Positions 1 to 9,408 of a stretch of 60,781 bases of DNA are shown here, piece after piece; position 1 is the first letter of the stretch; each line of letters starts with the position of its first letter. The position numbers were made by a program, and so were the translations under genes. The stretch is from an uncultured Haloferula sp. (lineage in GTDB: Bacteria; Verrucomicrobiota; Verrucomicrobiia; Verrucomicrobiales; Akkermansiaceae). Below the pieces are notes generated by a model. That model was given only the letters and a program-made list of their open reading frames with translations, did no database searches and was not told where the DNA came from. The stretch spans positions 1-60,781 of the forward strand of contig CBFGTS010000021.1 of NCBI GenBank assembly GCA_965652295.1. Reading direction: 5' to 3'.

Positions 1-2
1 GC

Positions 3-1022
3 GCCGCCACGGAGGCCCATGAAAAGGCGCGGCAGACCATCGCCGCCCACCTCAACGCCACCTCGCCGGACGAAGTCATCTTCACCTCCGGCACCACCGA
101 TGGCATCAACCTCGTCGCCCACATCCTGCCGGTCCGCGCGGGCGATGAGATCCTGATTTCCACCCTTGAGCACCACTCGAACATCGTCCCCTGGCAGCTC
201 CTCTGCGACCGCACCGGAGCCACGCTGAAAGTCATCCCCTGCGATGAGTCCGGCGTACTCGACCAGGACGCCTTCCGCACACTGCTCACCGAAAAGACCC
301 GCGTCCTCTCCATCGGCTGGGTTTCGAACTCCTTCGGCACCGTGAACCCCGTGGCCGAAATGACCGCGGCCGCGAAACAGGCCGGTGCCTTCGTGGTGAT
401 CGATGCCGCCCAGGCCGTGCCGCATTTTCCGATCGATGTCCAAAGCCTCGGTGCCGACTTCCTCGCCTGTTCCGGCCACAAGGTCTATGCGCCTACGGGG
501 ATCGGCGTACTTTGGGGACGGCGCGAACTGCTCGAACAGCTCCCGCCCTGGCGGGGGGGCGGGGAGATGATCAAGGAGGTGTCGTTCGACGGCACCACCT
601 ACAACGATCCTCCTTTCAAATACGAGGCCGGCACGCCGAACATCGAGGGGGCCATCGCCCTCGCCGCCGCGCTCGACTGGGTCAACACCCTCGGACTCGA
701 CGCCGTGCATGCCCACGAGGACAAGCTCATCCGCCAGGCCGCGGAAAAGCTCTCCATGATCGATGGCATCCACCTCTACGGACCGCCTGACCGCTGCGGC
801 GCGCTTTCCTTCAAGCTGGAGGGTGTGCACCACTACGACCTCGGCACGCTGATCGACCAGATGGGCGTCGCCGTCCGCACCGGCCACCACTGCTGCCAAC
901 CGCTGATGGCCCGTTTCGGCATCACCGGCACCACCCGCGCCTCGTTCGCTTGCTACAACACGCTCGACGAGGTCGAGACCCTCGTCACCGCCGTCTCCAA
1001 GGCGGCGATGATGCTGCGATAG
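3..1022 (+). CDS. sufS: Cysteine desulfurase, SufS family (5' end outside window)
   Basis: Frame open from nt 3 (AATEAHEKARQTIA, FTSGTT, LEHHSNIVPW); DAAQ, SGHK PLP-lysine and RTGHHC catalytic-Cys motifs. Confidence 0.93.
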   Translation, partial: AATEAHEKARQTIAAHLNATSPDEVIFTSGTTDGINLVAHILPVRAGDEILISTLEHHSNIVPWQLLCDRTGATLKVIPCDESGVLDQDAFRTLLTEKTRVLSIGWVSNSFGTVNPVAEMTAAAKQAGAFVVIDAAQAVPHFPIDVQSLGADFLACSGHKVYAPTGIGVLWGRRELLEQLPPWRGGGEMIKEVSFDGTTYNDPPFKYEAGTPNIEGAIALAAALDWVNTLGLDAVHAHEDKLIRQAAEKLSMIDGIHLYGPPDRCGALSFKLEGVHHYDLGTLIDQMGVAVRTGHHCCQPLMARFGITGTTRASFACYNTLDEVETLVTAVSKAAMMLR

Positions 1023-1032
1023 AGCCGGCGCT

Positions 1033-1147
1033 CCTGTCAGTGGCATGATCGTCTCGATCATGAAAGGAGGAGTTGGAAGAACCAAGCGGTTCGCTCCTCT
1101 CGAAGAGCTTCACCGTCCACGACCGGGACGGTCGTGCCACTGGCAGG
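1033..1147. repeat. REP-like inverted doublet (REPIN-like)
   Basis: cctgtcagtggcatgatcgtctcgatcatg (1033-1062) and inverted partner cacgaccgggacggtcgtgccactggcagg (1118-1147); third copy at 28162. Confidence 0.75.
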
Positions 1148-1202
1148 CAACTCAAACTTTTCCCGTGCATTTCCCGCTCTCCGCGCTTCCCATCCCGGCG
1201 GC

Positions 1203-1619
1203 ATGACGATTGAGGAAAACCAGCAGGCTGTTCTCGACGAACTCGCACTCTTCCAGGACTGGCAGGAGCGCTACGAGTACGTGATCGGCCTCGGGAAGCA
1301 GCTTCCGCCCATGAACGAGGGCCTCAAAACTCCGGATCGGTTGATCAAGGGCTGCCAATCCCAGGTCTGGCTCGATGCGTCGTCCGAAAACGGCAAGGTC
1401 CGCTACCTCGCCGACTCCGACTCGCTCATCACCAAGGGCATGATCGCGCTGTTCGTTCGCGTCCTCGATGGCCAGCCCGCCGACGAGATCCTCACCGCCG
1501 ATCTCGGATTCATCGATAAAACCGGCCTCAAGGAACACCTCGCGCCGACCCGGGCGAACGCGCTCAATCTGATGGCCACCCAGATGAAACAGCGGGCGCT
1601 CGAATTCGCCGGCAGGTAG
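1203..1619 (+). CDS. sufE: Fe-S cluster assembly sulfur acceptor SufE
   Basis: DWQERYEYVIGLGKQL, IKGCQSQVW, DSDSLITKG motifs; follows sufS; ATG at 1203. Confidence 0.92.
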   Translation: MTIEENQQAVLDELALFQDWQERYEYVIGLGKQLPPMNEGLKTPDRLIKGCQSQVWLDASSENGKVRYLADSDSLITKGMIALFVRVLDGQPADEILTADLGFIDKTGLKEHLAPTRANALNLMATQMKQRALEFAGR

Positions 1620-1664
1620 AAACGCCCTCGCCCGGCGTCGGACAAGCGGGCCGCTTGTCCCTAC
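1616..1664. repeat. GTAG-type REP-like palindrome between convergent genes
   Basis: ggacaagcgggccgcttgtccctac (1640-1664) reads GTAG + hairpin on the minus strand; degenerate GTAG partner at 1616. Confidence 0.55.
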
Positions 1665-1666
1665 CA

Positions 1667-2560
1667 TCAATGCCCGAACCGCTTCAGGATCGGGTGCAGA
1701 ACGGTCAGCACCAGCGCGCCGGCTGCGATGCCGAAGAGGCCGTTGAAAAGCACCGGCACCAGCCCGTGAACAAAGCCGTTGGCATCGTGGACGAGATGCT
1801 CGATCCAGTGATGCACCGGTGGAACGCCGTGGACCAGGATCTGCCCGCCGACGAGGAACATGGCCGCCGTTCCGGCGATCGACAGCAGCTTCATCAGCCA
1901 GGGTGCCGACCACAGAATACCACGCCCGGCCACCCGCGCCGCGCCGGTTTTCTGACTCAGAAAAAGCCCGAAATCGTCGAGCTTCACGATGCAGGCGACC
2001 AGTCCGTAAACGCCGACAGTCATCAGCAGTGCGATCGCCGACAGGGTGAGCGCCTGCGTCGCGAACGACTTCTCCGAGACCACACCGAGCGTGATCACGA
2101 TGATCTCCGCCGAGAGCACGAAATCGGTCCTGATGGCACCCTTGATCTTCGCCTTTTCATCGATCACTCCGGCTTCGAGTGCCTGCAATTCGCGCTTCGC
2201 CTCCTCGGTCGATTTTTTTCCCCGGTGCTGGAAATAATGGATCAGTTTCTCGACGCCCTCGTAGCAAAGGTAGGCACCACCGAGCATCAGCAGCGGCATC
2301 ACCGCCCACGGGGCGAACGCGTTCAGTGCCAGCGCGGAGGGCACCAGAATCAGCTTGTTGACGAAGGAACCCTTGGCGACGCCCCACACCACCGGCAGCT
2401 CGCGTTTCGAGACCACGCCGCTGACCTGCTGCGCGTTGAGCGCAAGGTCATCCCCCAGCACACCCGCGGTCTTCGACGCCGCGGTTTTCGTCATCACCGA
2501 CACGTCGTCGAGAATCGACGCGATGTCGTCCAACAGCATCAACAGACTGCCTCCGGCCAT
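1667..2560 (-). CDS. DUF808 (YedI-like) inner membrane protein
   Basis: LLDDIASILDDV, KTAGVLGDDLALNAQQV, RELPVVW, AIRTDFVLSAEI family motifs. Confidence 0.9.
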   Translation of the reverse strand: MAGGSLLMLLDDIASILDDVSVMTKTAASKTAGVLGDDLALNAQQVSGVVSKRELPVVWGVAKGSFVNKLILVPSALALNAFAPWAVMPLLMLGGAYLCYEGVEKLIHYFQHRGKKSTEEAKRELQALEAGVIDEKAKIKGAIRTDFVLSAEIIVITLGVVSEKSFATQALTLSAIALLMTVGVYGLVACIVKLDDFGLFLSQKTGAARVAGRGILWSAPWLMKLLSIAGTAAMFLVGGQILVHGVPPVHHWIEHLVHDANGFVHGLVPVLFNGLFGIAAGALVLTVLHPILKRFGH

Positions 2561-2630
2561 GCGCGGAGTTCTAGTCGCACGGAGGAAACTTCAAAGCGTG
2601 AAATCCGGTCTCGGCTTCAGCGCCGGAACC

Positions 2631-3638
2631 TCAAACGCCGAAGCGCGCCTTCACCGCCTCGCGCTTGAGGCGCAGCTCACGCCACTCGTTGACCAGTCGA
2701 CTCGGCTCGATCACGCCGCAGCCGGCGGGCAGCTTCACTTCATCGCCTTTCCACCAGAGTCCGCGGATCGCCACCAGAATCCTCGCCCGGCCATCGACCA
2801 CCGCCCCGAAGGGCGCGCCGAATTCCGGCGGGGCACCGAGCCGTTCGCGCCAAGTCTGGAGGCGGGACATCGTTTCGCCCGTGCGCGGCAGCGGACCCAG
2901 CGCGGGGGTCGGATGAAGCCGGCGGATCAGCGCATCGACCGACTCGTCATGATCGAGTTCGACCTCGATGGGCGTGTGGAAATGAACAATGGGACCGAGG
3001 TCCAGAACCTCACGCGCGCCGCGTTCGAGCTTGCCGAGATCCCCCAGTTTCGAAACCAAAGCCTGGGCCACGAACTCGTGCTCGCGGATCTCCTTTTCAT
3101 CGACCGCCAGCACCTCGCGTTCCTCCGCTCGAGCCGTGCCAGCGAGGGCCATCGAGCGCAACGTGCGACCATCGAGCTTCAGCAGGTGTTCCGGTGACAT
3201 GCCGGTGAAGCCGCCGCTTTCATCGAGGAAACCATACGGCACCAAGGGCGCGGAAGTGACCACCGCGCGGCGGCCCAACGCCGCCCCGCGCCCCTTTCCG
3301 AAGCAACCTCGCTCGACCACCACCGGCACGGTTTTCTCGAAGATACCCCAACGGATCGAGGTGGTGATTTCCTGGAACACCCCGGCGAACGACGTGGCCT
3401 CCAGCGGTTCCCAGTCGATCGTCGGTGTGTCCGTCGCGGGCAACGCCTCCAGCGCCTCCGCCGGATCAAGCAGTTCCCATCGAGCCGGGACCAGCCATGG
3501 CTTCGCGGCGGACAGTCCAAAATCGTTACGATAGAATGCCGCGCCCGTCTCAGGCGGGTTCTCCGCCGCCCTGAACGGCCCGCGCCCCACCAGTATCCTG
3601 CCTCCGGTCCAACCGAGGAATGCGAAGGCTCCGCTCAT
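2631..3638 (-). CDS. Chorismate-binding enzyme, isochorismate synthase (MenF)-like
   Basis: SPEHL, ALAGT, KEIREHEFV, LHPTPALG, VAIR, AGCGVI..S....EWREL..K motifs. Confidence 0.75.
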   Translation of the reverse strand: MSGAFAFLGWTGGRILVGRGPFRAAENPPETGAAFYRNDFGLSAAKPWLVPARWELLDPAEALEALPATDTPTIDWEPLEATSFAGVFQEITTSIRWGIFEKTVPVVVERGCFGKGRGAALGRRAVVTSAPLVPYGFLDESGGFTGMSPEHLLKLDGRTLRSMALAGTARAEEREVLAVDEKEIREHEFVAQALVSKLGDLGKLERGAREVLDLGPIVHFHTPIEVELDHDESVDALIRRLHPTPALGPLPRTGETMSRLQTWRERLGAPPEFGAPFGAVVDGRARILVAIRGLWWKGDEVKLPAGCGVIEPSRLVNEWRELRLKREAVKARFGV

Positions 3639-4027
3639 GTACCTTGCCGCGAAAGCTGCTCGTTCTGCGCCTCGACGATAGCTTCCAGCTCACGAGCCCG
3701 ATCCCCTCTCCTCCGGAGCTTGAGGGCGTGCAAAACAAAGCCGATCGCGAAGAGCAGGCTGCCCAATCCGGACAATCCCGAAAGCACGGTGAACCAGATG
3801 AAATAATCCGAGAACCCGGTCGTTCCCGCCATGTTGAAACTCATCCAGACACCGAATCCCACCGACGAGATCATACCGAGCGTGGAAAACGAAACCCCGA
3901 TCAGCATGCACCACCAAGCGGGCCTGGATCCACTTTTGCGAAGAGCGACGACCCCGATCCAGTAGGCGATCAGGACCGGCAGCCCTATCAACCCTCCAAG
4001 GACACCGCCTAAAGTGAGCGAGTTCAT
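3635..4027 (-). CDS. Hypothetical membrane protein (about 3 TM)
   Basis: Three hydrophobic segments; ATGA overlap with the downstream gene. Confidence 0.7.
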   Translation of the reverse strand: MNSLTLGGVLGGLIGLPVLIAYWIGVVALRKSGSRPAWWCMLIGVSFSTLGMISSVGFGVWMSFNMAGTTGFSDYFIWFTVLSGLSGLGSLLFAIGFVLHALKLRRRGDRARELEAIVEAQNEQLSRQGT

Positions 4028-4095
4028 GCCGAAGATCTATCCAGCGTCCGAGGACCGGTCAACCGTGACGGCGGAGGGCATCCTCCATGCCACGA

Positions 4096-4458
4096 TCACT
4101 CCTCCGCTTCCTCTTCCGGCGCCTTCGGCAGCTTGTCCACTTCTTCGAGCAGATTGACGATCTCCACCCCGCGCACGGCGGAGGCATCGTGGCGGAAGGA
4201 GAGCACGGGCGTGGATTTCAGCACCACCCGTTTCATCACCTTCTTCTGGATCGCACCCCGTTCGTGGGAGAGCTTGTCCATCACCTTGGCGGCGTTTCCA
4301 CCAAGGATGCTGACCCAGACTTTTCCCTCCTTGAGGTCCTGCGTGACTTCGACGCCACTGACCGTCACCAGCGCGCCATGCCACTCGTAATCGCGCTGGA
4401 TCACGGTGCCGATCTCGCGCTTCAGCAGCTCGTTGACTCGGGTAAGACGTAAAGACAT
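4096..4458 (-). CDS. rbfA: Ribosome-binding factor A
   Basis: RLTRVNELLKREIG, VTVSGVEVTQDL, TPVLSFRHD; follows infB. Confidence 0.95.
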   Translation of the reverse strand: MSLRLTRVNELLKREIGTVIQRDYEWHGALVTVSGVEVTQDLKEGKVWVSILGGNAAKVMDKLSHERGAIQKKVMKRVVLKSTPVLSFRHDASAVRGVEIVNLLEEVDKLPKAPEEEAEE

Positions 4459-4524
4459 GTCGGTCGTCGGTCGTTTCCAGGCCGAACTCCCGGACCTGAA
4501 AACTGAACACTGAAAACTAGCAAC

Positions 4525-6654
4525 TTACAGCGTCTGAGCGACCTTCTCGAGCTCGTAGCACTCGATGATGTCGCCTTCGACGTATTCGTTGAACTCGCCG
4601 AGGCGGATGCCGCACTCGATGCCGTTCTTGACCTCCTGCACCTCGTCCTGGAAGCGGCGGAGGGTGGACATCTTGCCATCGAAGATCGGCACGCCATCGC
4701 GGATGACGCGGGCGTGCGCCTTGCGGTGGACCTTGCCATCCTTGACGTAGCACCCGGCAGCGCGGCCCCGGAGGACCTTGAACACCTGCCTCACTTCGGC
4801 ATGACCCATGACCTTCTCGCGGGTTTCCGGCTCAAGCAGGCCGAGCATCGCTTCGCGGACCTGATCGATGAGTTCGTAAACGACCGAGTAGAGCTTGATC
4901 TGCACGCCCTCGGACTTGGACATCCGGGCGGCCTTGGCCTCGGTCTTGACGTTGAAGCCGATGACGACAGCGTCCGACGAGCTGGCGAACTGGATGTCGC
5001 CTTCGGTGATCGGGCCGGCGGCGGCGGAGAGGAAATTCACGTCCACCTTGTCGGACTCGATGTCGAGGACCGCGTTGCGGATCGCCTCGACGGAGCCTTG
5101 GACATCGGTCTTGAGGATCAAACGAAGCACCGCCTTGGAGCCGCCTTCGTTGGCGTGGGCGAGGAGGTCCTCCATCCGACTCTTCTGCGGAATCTTGAGA
5201 CGCTCGGAACGCAATTCGTCCTGGCGTTCGGTGGCGAGCTTCTTGGCGGCGCGGTCGCTTTCCATCTCGACCAGCGAATCCCCCACCCGCGGCAGTTCGT
5301 CGAAACCGACGACCTCCACCGGGGTTCCCGGGGTGGCTTCCTTGATGGATTCCCCGCGGTCGTTGATGAGGGCCTTCACCTTGCCGGCGAAGGGTCCACA
5401 AATGAAAGGTTTGCCGGTCTTCAGGGTGCCTGATTCGACGATGACCGAAGCGACCGCGCCGCGGCCCTGTTGGAACTTCGCCTCGATGATCGAAGCGCGG
5501 GCGTGGCCTTTCGGGTTGGCTTTCAGCTCAAGCACCTCGGCCTGCAGCGCGAGCAGATCGAGGAGATCGTCGACGCCCTTACCGGTCAGCGCGGAAATTT
5601 CAAGGCACTCGGTATCGCCGCCGAAGTCGGTCGTTTGCAGGCCCTTTTCGGCGAGCTGCGACTTGACGTGCATCGGGTTGGCGGACTCGAGGTCGATCTT
5701 GTTGATCGCGACGATGATCGTTTTTTTCGCCTTCTTGGCGTGCTCAATCGCTTCGAGCGTCTGGGGCATCAGACCGTCATTGGCGGCCACGACGAGCACC
5801 ACGATGTCCGTGATGTCGGCACCGCGGGCACGCATGGCGGAGAAAATCGCGTGACCCGGGGTATCGAGGAACGTCACGGGCTTGCCCTCGTGCTCGATCT
5901 TGTAGGCGCCGATGTGCTGCGTGATGCCGCCGGCCTCGCTGGCGGTAATGCGGGAGTCGCGGATGCGGTCGAGCAAGGTCGTCTTGCCGTGGTCGACGTG
6001 GCCCATGATCGTGATGATCGGCGGGCGCAGCATGAGTTGATCTTCGGGCTCGTCCTCGGGAGCCTCGGGTTCGACGACGACTTCTTCCTGCTTGTGGACG
6101 CCGCCGCCCTTCTCGCGCTTTTCGCGCTCGAAGACGAAGCCGTGCTGTTCACAAACCTGGGCGGCCACGTCCGGCTCGATCGCCTGATGGGGTGCCACGA
6201 AAACCTGGAGCTTGATGAGATCGGCCAGGAGCTGGAAGGGCTTCAGGCCCATCATCGTCGCCAGGTCGCTGACGATGATCGGCGGCTTGACGCTGATCAC
6301 CTTGTCGTCGCTGACCGTAGGCGCTTCGGTCTTCTCGGCTGCCGAGTCGGCGGCGGGCTTCGCGGGCTCAGCCGGCGTGGCGGGGATCTTGACCATGGCC
6401 GGATCCTCTTCGTCGAGCAGCTTGGAAATAGACGGCAGCACCGCTTTACCGGACTGCTCGGTTTTACGGACCTTCGGCTTCTTGCCCTCGGCGAACGGAT
6501 CGTAGGCCTCCTTTTTCGCGTCCTCGACGGTCCTCTTCTGCGAAGCCTCCGCACGCTGCCGCTCACGGCGCGACTGTCCCTCCTTCTTCTCCTCAATCAG
6601 ATCGAGAACAGGTTTGGGACGCTTGGGGTTGTTGCTTTCGCTTTCGGCAGGCAT
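4525..6654 (-). CDS. infB: Translation initiation factor IF-2
   Basis: RPPIITIMGHVDHGKTTLLD, GGITQHIGAY, DTPGH, NKID, DVQGS; start taken at ATG 6654. Confidence 0.97.
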   Translation of the reverse strand: MPAESESNNPKRPKPVLDLIEEKKEGQSRRERQRAEASQKRTVEDAKKEAYDPFAEGKKPKVRKTEQSGKAVLPSISKLLDEEDPAMVKIPATPAEPAKPAADSAAEKTEAPTVSDDKVISVKPPIIVSDLATMMGLKPFQLLADLIKLQVFVAPHQAIEPDVAAQVCEQHGFVFEREKREKGGGVHKQEEVVVEPEAPEDEPEDQLMLRPPIITIMGHVDHGKTTLLDRIRDSRITASEAGGITQHIGAYKIEHEGKPVTFLDTPGHAIFSAMRARGADITDIVVLVVAANDGLMPQTLEAIEHAKKAKKTIIVAINKIDLESANPMHVKSQLAEKGLQTTDFGGDTECLEISALTGKGVDDLLDLLALQAEVLELKANPKGHARASIIEAKFQQGRGAVASVIVESGTLKTGKPFICGPFAGKVKALINDRGESIKEATPGTPVEVVGFDELPRVGDSLVEMESDRAAKKLATERQDELRSERLKIPQKSRMEDLLAHANEGGSKAVLRLILKTDVQGSVEAIRNAVLDIESDKVDVNFLSAAAGPITEGDIQFASSSDAVVIGFNVKTEAKAARMSKSEGVQIKLYSVVYELIDQVREAMLGLLEPETREKVMGHAEVRQVFKVLRGRAAGCYVKDGKVHRKAHARVIRDGVPIFDGKMSTLRRFQDEVQEVKNGIECGIRLGEFNEYVEGDIIECYELEKVAQTL

Positions 6655-6722
6655 TCGGTGGCTTTCGGTCGTTCTTAAAGGCAAAATGGAATCGGATTCG
6701 GCGGGATACTTCGGTCGAAAAA

Positions 6723-8099
6723 TCAGGCCTCGTCGGGCTCGGAGGCGGGCTCGGAATCATCGGCGGCCGGAACCTCGACGATTTCCTCGGCAGTTTGGGT
6801 GGGCGCGGCATCAGGCCCCGCAAGCTCGGCGGGGACCGGACGACCGGCGGCCTCGTGGGCGCGGATCAGGATTTCCCGGGCGCGCTCGGGGGTAACTTCG
6901 AGCATCGGCACGATGTAATCAACCGGCATGTCGACCACCATGTCGACGCTGGTGCCGCCGGCGCGGAAAAGTTTGTCGGCAAGATCGTCATCGATTCCGA
7001 GCTGCTCGGCCACCGAGTGGGCGGCACCGGCGACCTTGGCCTCGAATTCCTCCTTCTTGCTCTCGTCCTTGCGGACCTGCACGTCCCAGCCCATGAGGCG
7101 TGAGGAAAGGCGGGCGTTCTGGCCGCGGCGGCCGATCGCCTTGCTGAGGTCTTCTTCATCCACGGTGACAAGCACCACCTTGGTTGCCGGGTCCACCTTG
7201 ACGGTGCGGAGCAATGCCGGCTTGAGCGCCTCGCGAACGAATTCGTCCGGATCATCGCTCCAACGGATGATGTCGACCTTCTCGTTGTTGAGTTCGCGGA
7301 CGATGTTCTTCACGCGTGCACCCTTCATGCCGACGCAGGCGCCGACGGGATCGACCTTCGAGTCGTTGCTCCACACGGCGACCTTGGTGCGGTAGCCAGC
7401 TTCGCGGGCGATGCCGCGGATTTCCACGGTGTGGTCGGAAATTTCGTTCACCTCGGCCTCGAACAGGCGGCGGACGAAGTTCGGGTGGCTCCGGGACAAA
7501 ATGATCTCGGGCCCGCGGCCTTCGTTTTCCACCGCCACGACGTAGAGGCGGATGCGGTCGCCGATGTTGTATTCCTCGGTCTGGACCCGTTCGCGGGAAG
7601 GCATCACGCCCTCGAACTTGCCGAGGTCGATGAGCACGTCGTTACGGTCGAAGCGACGGACGGTGCCAGAGACGACGTCGCCGGCACGGTCCTTGAACTC
7701 CTCGTAGATCATCTCCTTTTCCGCCTGGCGCAGACGCTGCATCATGGTCTGCTTGGCGGTCTGCACGGCGATGCGGCCGAAGTCCTTCGGTGTCACGTTG
7801 AACTCCATGTCGTCGCCCGGCTGGGCGTCGGGCTTCCGCTGGGCGGCCAGCTTCATCGGGACTTCGTTGAACTTGTCCGCGTAGTCCTCGTCGGTCACCA
7901 CCCGCAGGGTCGCGAAGATCCGCGTCTCGCCCTTCTTGGTGTTGACCTCGGCCCGCAGGGTCTCGATGGCATCGGCACCCGGGACCATTTTCCGGTAGGC
8001 GGAAATGAAGGCATACTCAAGGGCGGCCACGACCTTGTCGCGGTCGATACCCTTTTCCTTCTCGTAGTAGTCGATGAGAGCGACGATGTCGTTGGTCAT
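6723..8099 (-). CDS. nusA: Transcription termination factor NusA
   Basis: FGRIAVQTAKQ, S1 and KH domains, AREAGYRTKVAV, DPVGACVG, AIGRRGQNARL; ATG 8099. Confidence 0.97.
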   Translation of the reverse strand: MTNDIVALIDYYEKEKGIDRDKVVAALEYAFISAYRKMVPGADAIETLRAEVNTKKGETRIFATLRVVTDEDYADKFNEVPMKLAAQRKPDAQPGDDMEFNVTPKDFGRIAVQTAKQTMMQRLRQAEKEMIYEEFKDRAGDVVSGTVRRFDRNDVLIDLGKFEGVMPSRERVQTEEYNIGDRIRLYVVAVENEGRGPEIILSRSHPNFVRRLFEAEVNEISDHTVEIRGIAREAGYRTKVAVWSNDSKVDPVGACVGMKGARVKNIVRELNNEKVDIIRWSDDPDEFVREALKPALLRTVKVDPATKVVLVTVDEEDLSKAIGRRGQNARLSSRLMGWDVQVRKDESKKEEFEAKVAGAAHSVAEQLGIDDDLADKLFRAGGTSVDMVVDMPVDYIVPMLEVTPERAREILIRAHEAAGRPVPAELAGPDAAPTQTAEEIVEVPAADDSEPASEPDEA

Positions 8100-8136
8100 G
8101 GCTGCGGAAGCGGCGGAAAGCGGTGTCCAGAGACGC

Positions 8137-8161
8137 AAAAGAGTGGGTATCCAACCCACTC
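8137..8161 (-). promoter_or_regulatory. rimP-leader-type attenuator hairpin upstream of nusA
   Basis: Minus strand GAGTGGGT-TGGAT-ACCCACTC-TTTT, about 40 nt before the nusA ATG. Confidence 0.6.
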
Positions 8162-8313
8162 CGTTCTTGCGCCGGATGACTGATCGCCGTGGGGCGTAAT
8201 GCGAAAATCCCCTGCTTGCAAGCCGAATCTCCTAACTACCAAAGGACTTAGAGCGTCATCGACAGTCGCGCTTTGTCATTGGGCAACGGCCGTTCCGGGT
8301 CCAGAGTCCGGCC

Positions 8314-8580
8314 ATGCCGACGAAGCGAGAACTCCTCGACCTTCAATTCATGGACGCGCGCTGCAAGCTCATCGATCTGGCCGCGTTCCTCGACCGGATC
8401 GAGCGCCATCCCGGCGCCGCCGACTTCCGTCTGGACGCCCTGCTCAAAGCCCTGCCGATCCTGCTGTCGGAGGAACCGGAGCGCGCACGAGCCGTTCTTG
8501 AAGCGCTCTCGGATCATTCCGAGGAACCCATCGAAGCCGCCACCCTCCAAGGGGCCTTCGGAGCCCCCTCCATTTCCTGA
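8314..8580 (+). CDS. Small helical hypothetical protein
   Basis: 88 aa with host-like codon usage, 14 nt before the TatD-like gene. Confidence 0.75.
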   Translation: MPTKRELLDLQFMDARCKLIDLAAFLDRIERHPGAADFRLDALLKALPILLSEEPERARAVLEALSDHSEEPIEAATLQGAFGAPSIS

Positions 8581-8594
8581 AATTCCTCCGACCG

Positions 8595-9398
8595 ATGCGC
8601 TACATCGAGCCCCACGCCCACATGGTCAGCCGGACCACCGACGACTACCAGAAGCTCGCCCTGGCCGGTTGCGAGGCGATCTGCGAGCCCGCCTTCTGGG
8701 CTGGCTTCGACCGATCCTCCCCGCAGGGATTTTTCGACTACTACCGGCAGCTCACCGAGTACGAGCCGAAGCGCGCAGCCAAGTTCGGCATCCCGCATTT
8801 CTGCTGGCTGTGCATCAATCCGAAGGAAGCCGAGGACGCCGGCTTCGCCCGCGAGGTGATGTCGCTCATTCCCGAATTCATCGACAAGCCCACTGTCCTC
8901 GGCATCGGCGAAATCGGCCTGAACAAGAACACCCGCAACGAGCTGGCCATCTTCCACGAGCACGTCCGGCTCGCCGCCGAGCGCGACCTGCCGATCCTCA
9001 TCCACACGCCCCACCTCGAGGACAAACTCAAAGGCACCCGCCTGATCCTGGACGCGCTGGCCGACTACCCGCAGCTCGACCGCGGAAAGGTCGTCATCGA
9101 CCACGTCGAGGAGCACACCGTGGGCCTCGTCCTCGACGCCGGATACTGGGCCGGCATGACGCTTTATCCGGAGAGCAAATGCACGCCGGACCGCGCCATC
9201 GACATCCTCGAAACCGCGGAGAGCGAGCGCCTATGGCTGAACTCCGCCTGTGACTGGGGCGTGTCCGACCCACTCGCCGTCGCGAAATGCGGGCTTGCCA
9301 TGAAGCGTCGCGGCCACGATGCCGCGGCGGTCGATCGCGTGCTGTTCGAGAACCCCCGCCGGTTCCTTGAGCAGTGCCCGAACTTCAAGCTGCCCTAA
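8595..9398 (+). CDS. TatD-family metallohydrolase, EboB-like
   Basis: EPHAHMVSRTTDDY, EPAFW, GIGEIGL, IHTPH, DHVEE, NSACDWG motifs. Confidence 0.85.
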   Translation: MRYIEPHAHMVSRTTDDYQKLALAGCEAICEPAFWAGFDRSSPQGFFDYYRQLTEYEPKRAAKFGIPHFCWLCINPKEAEDAGFAREVMSLIPEFIDKPTVLGIGEIGLNKNTRNELAIFHEHVRLAAERDLPILIHTPHLEDKLKGTRLILDALADYPQLDRGKVVIDHVEEHTVGLVLDAGYWAGMTLYPESKCTPDRAIDILETAESERLWLNSACDWGVSDPLAVAKCGLAMKRRGHDAAAVDRVLFENPRRFLEQCPNFKLP

Positions 9399-9408
9399 AT
9401 CCGCCTCC

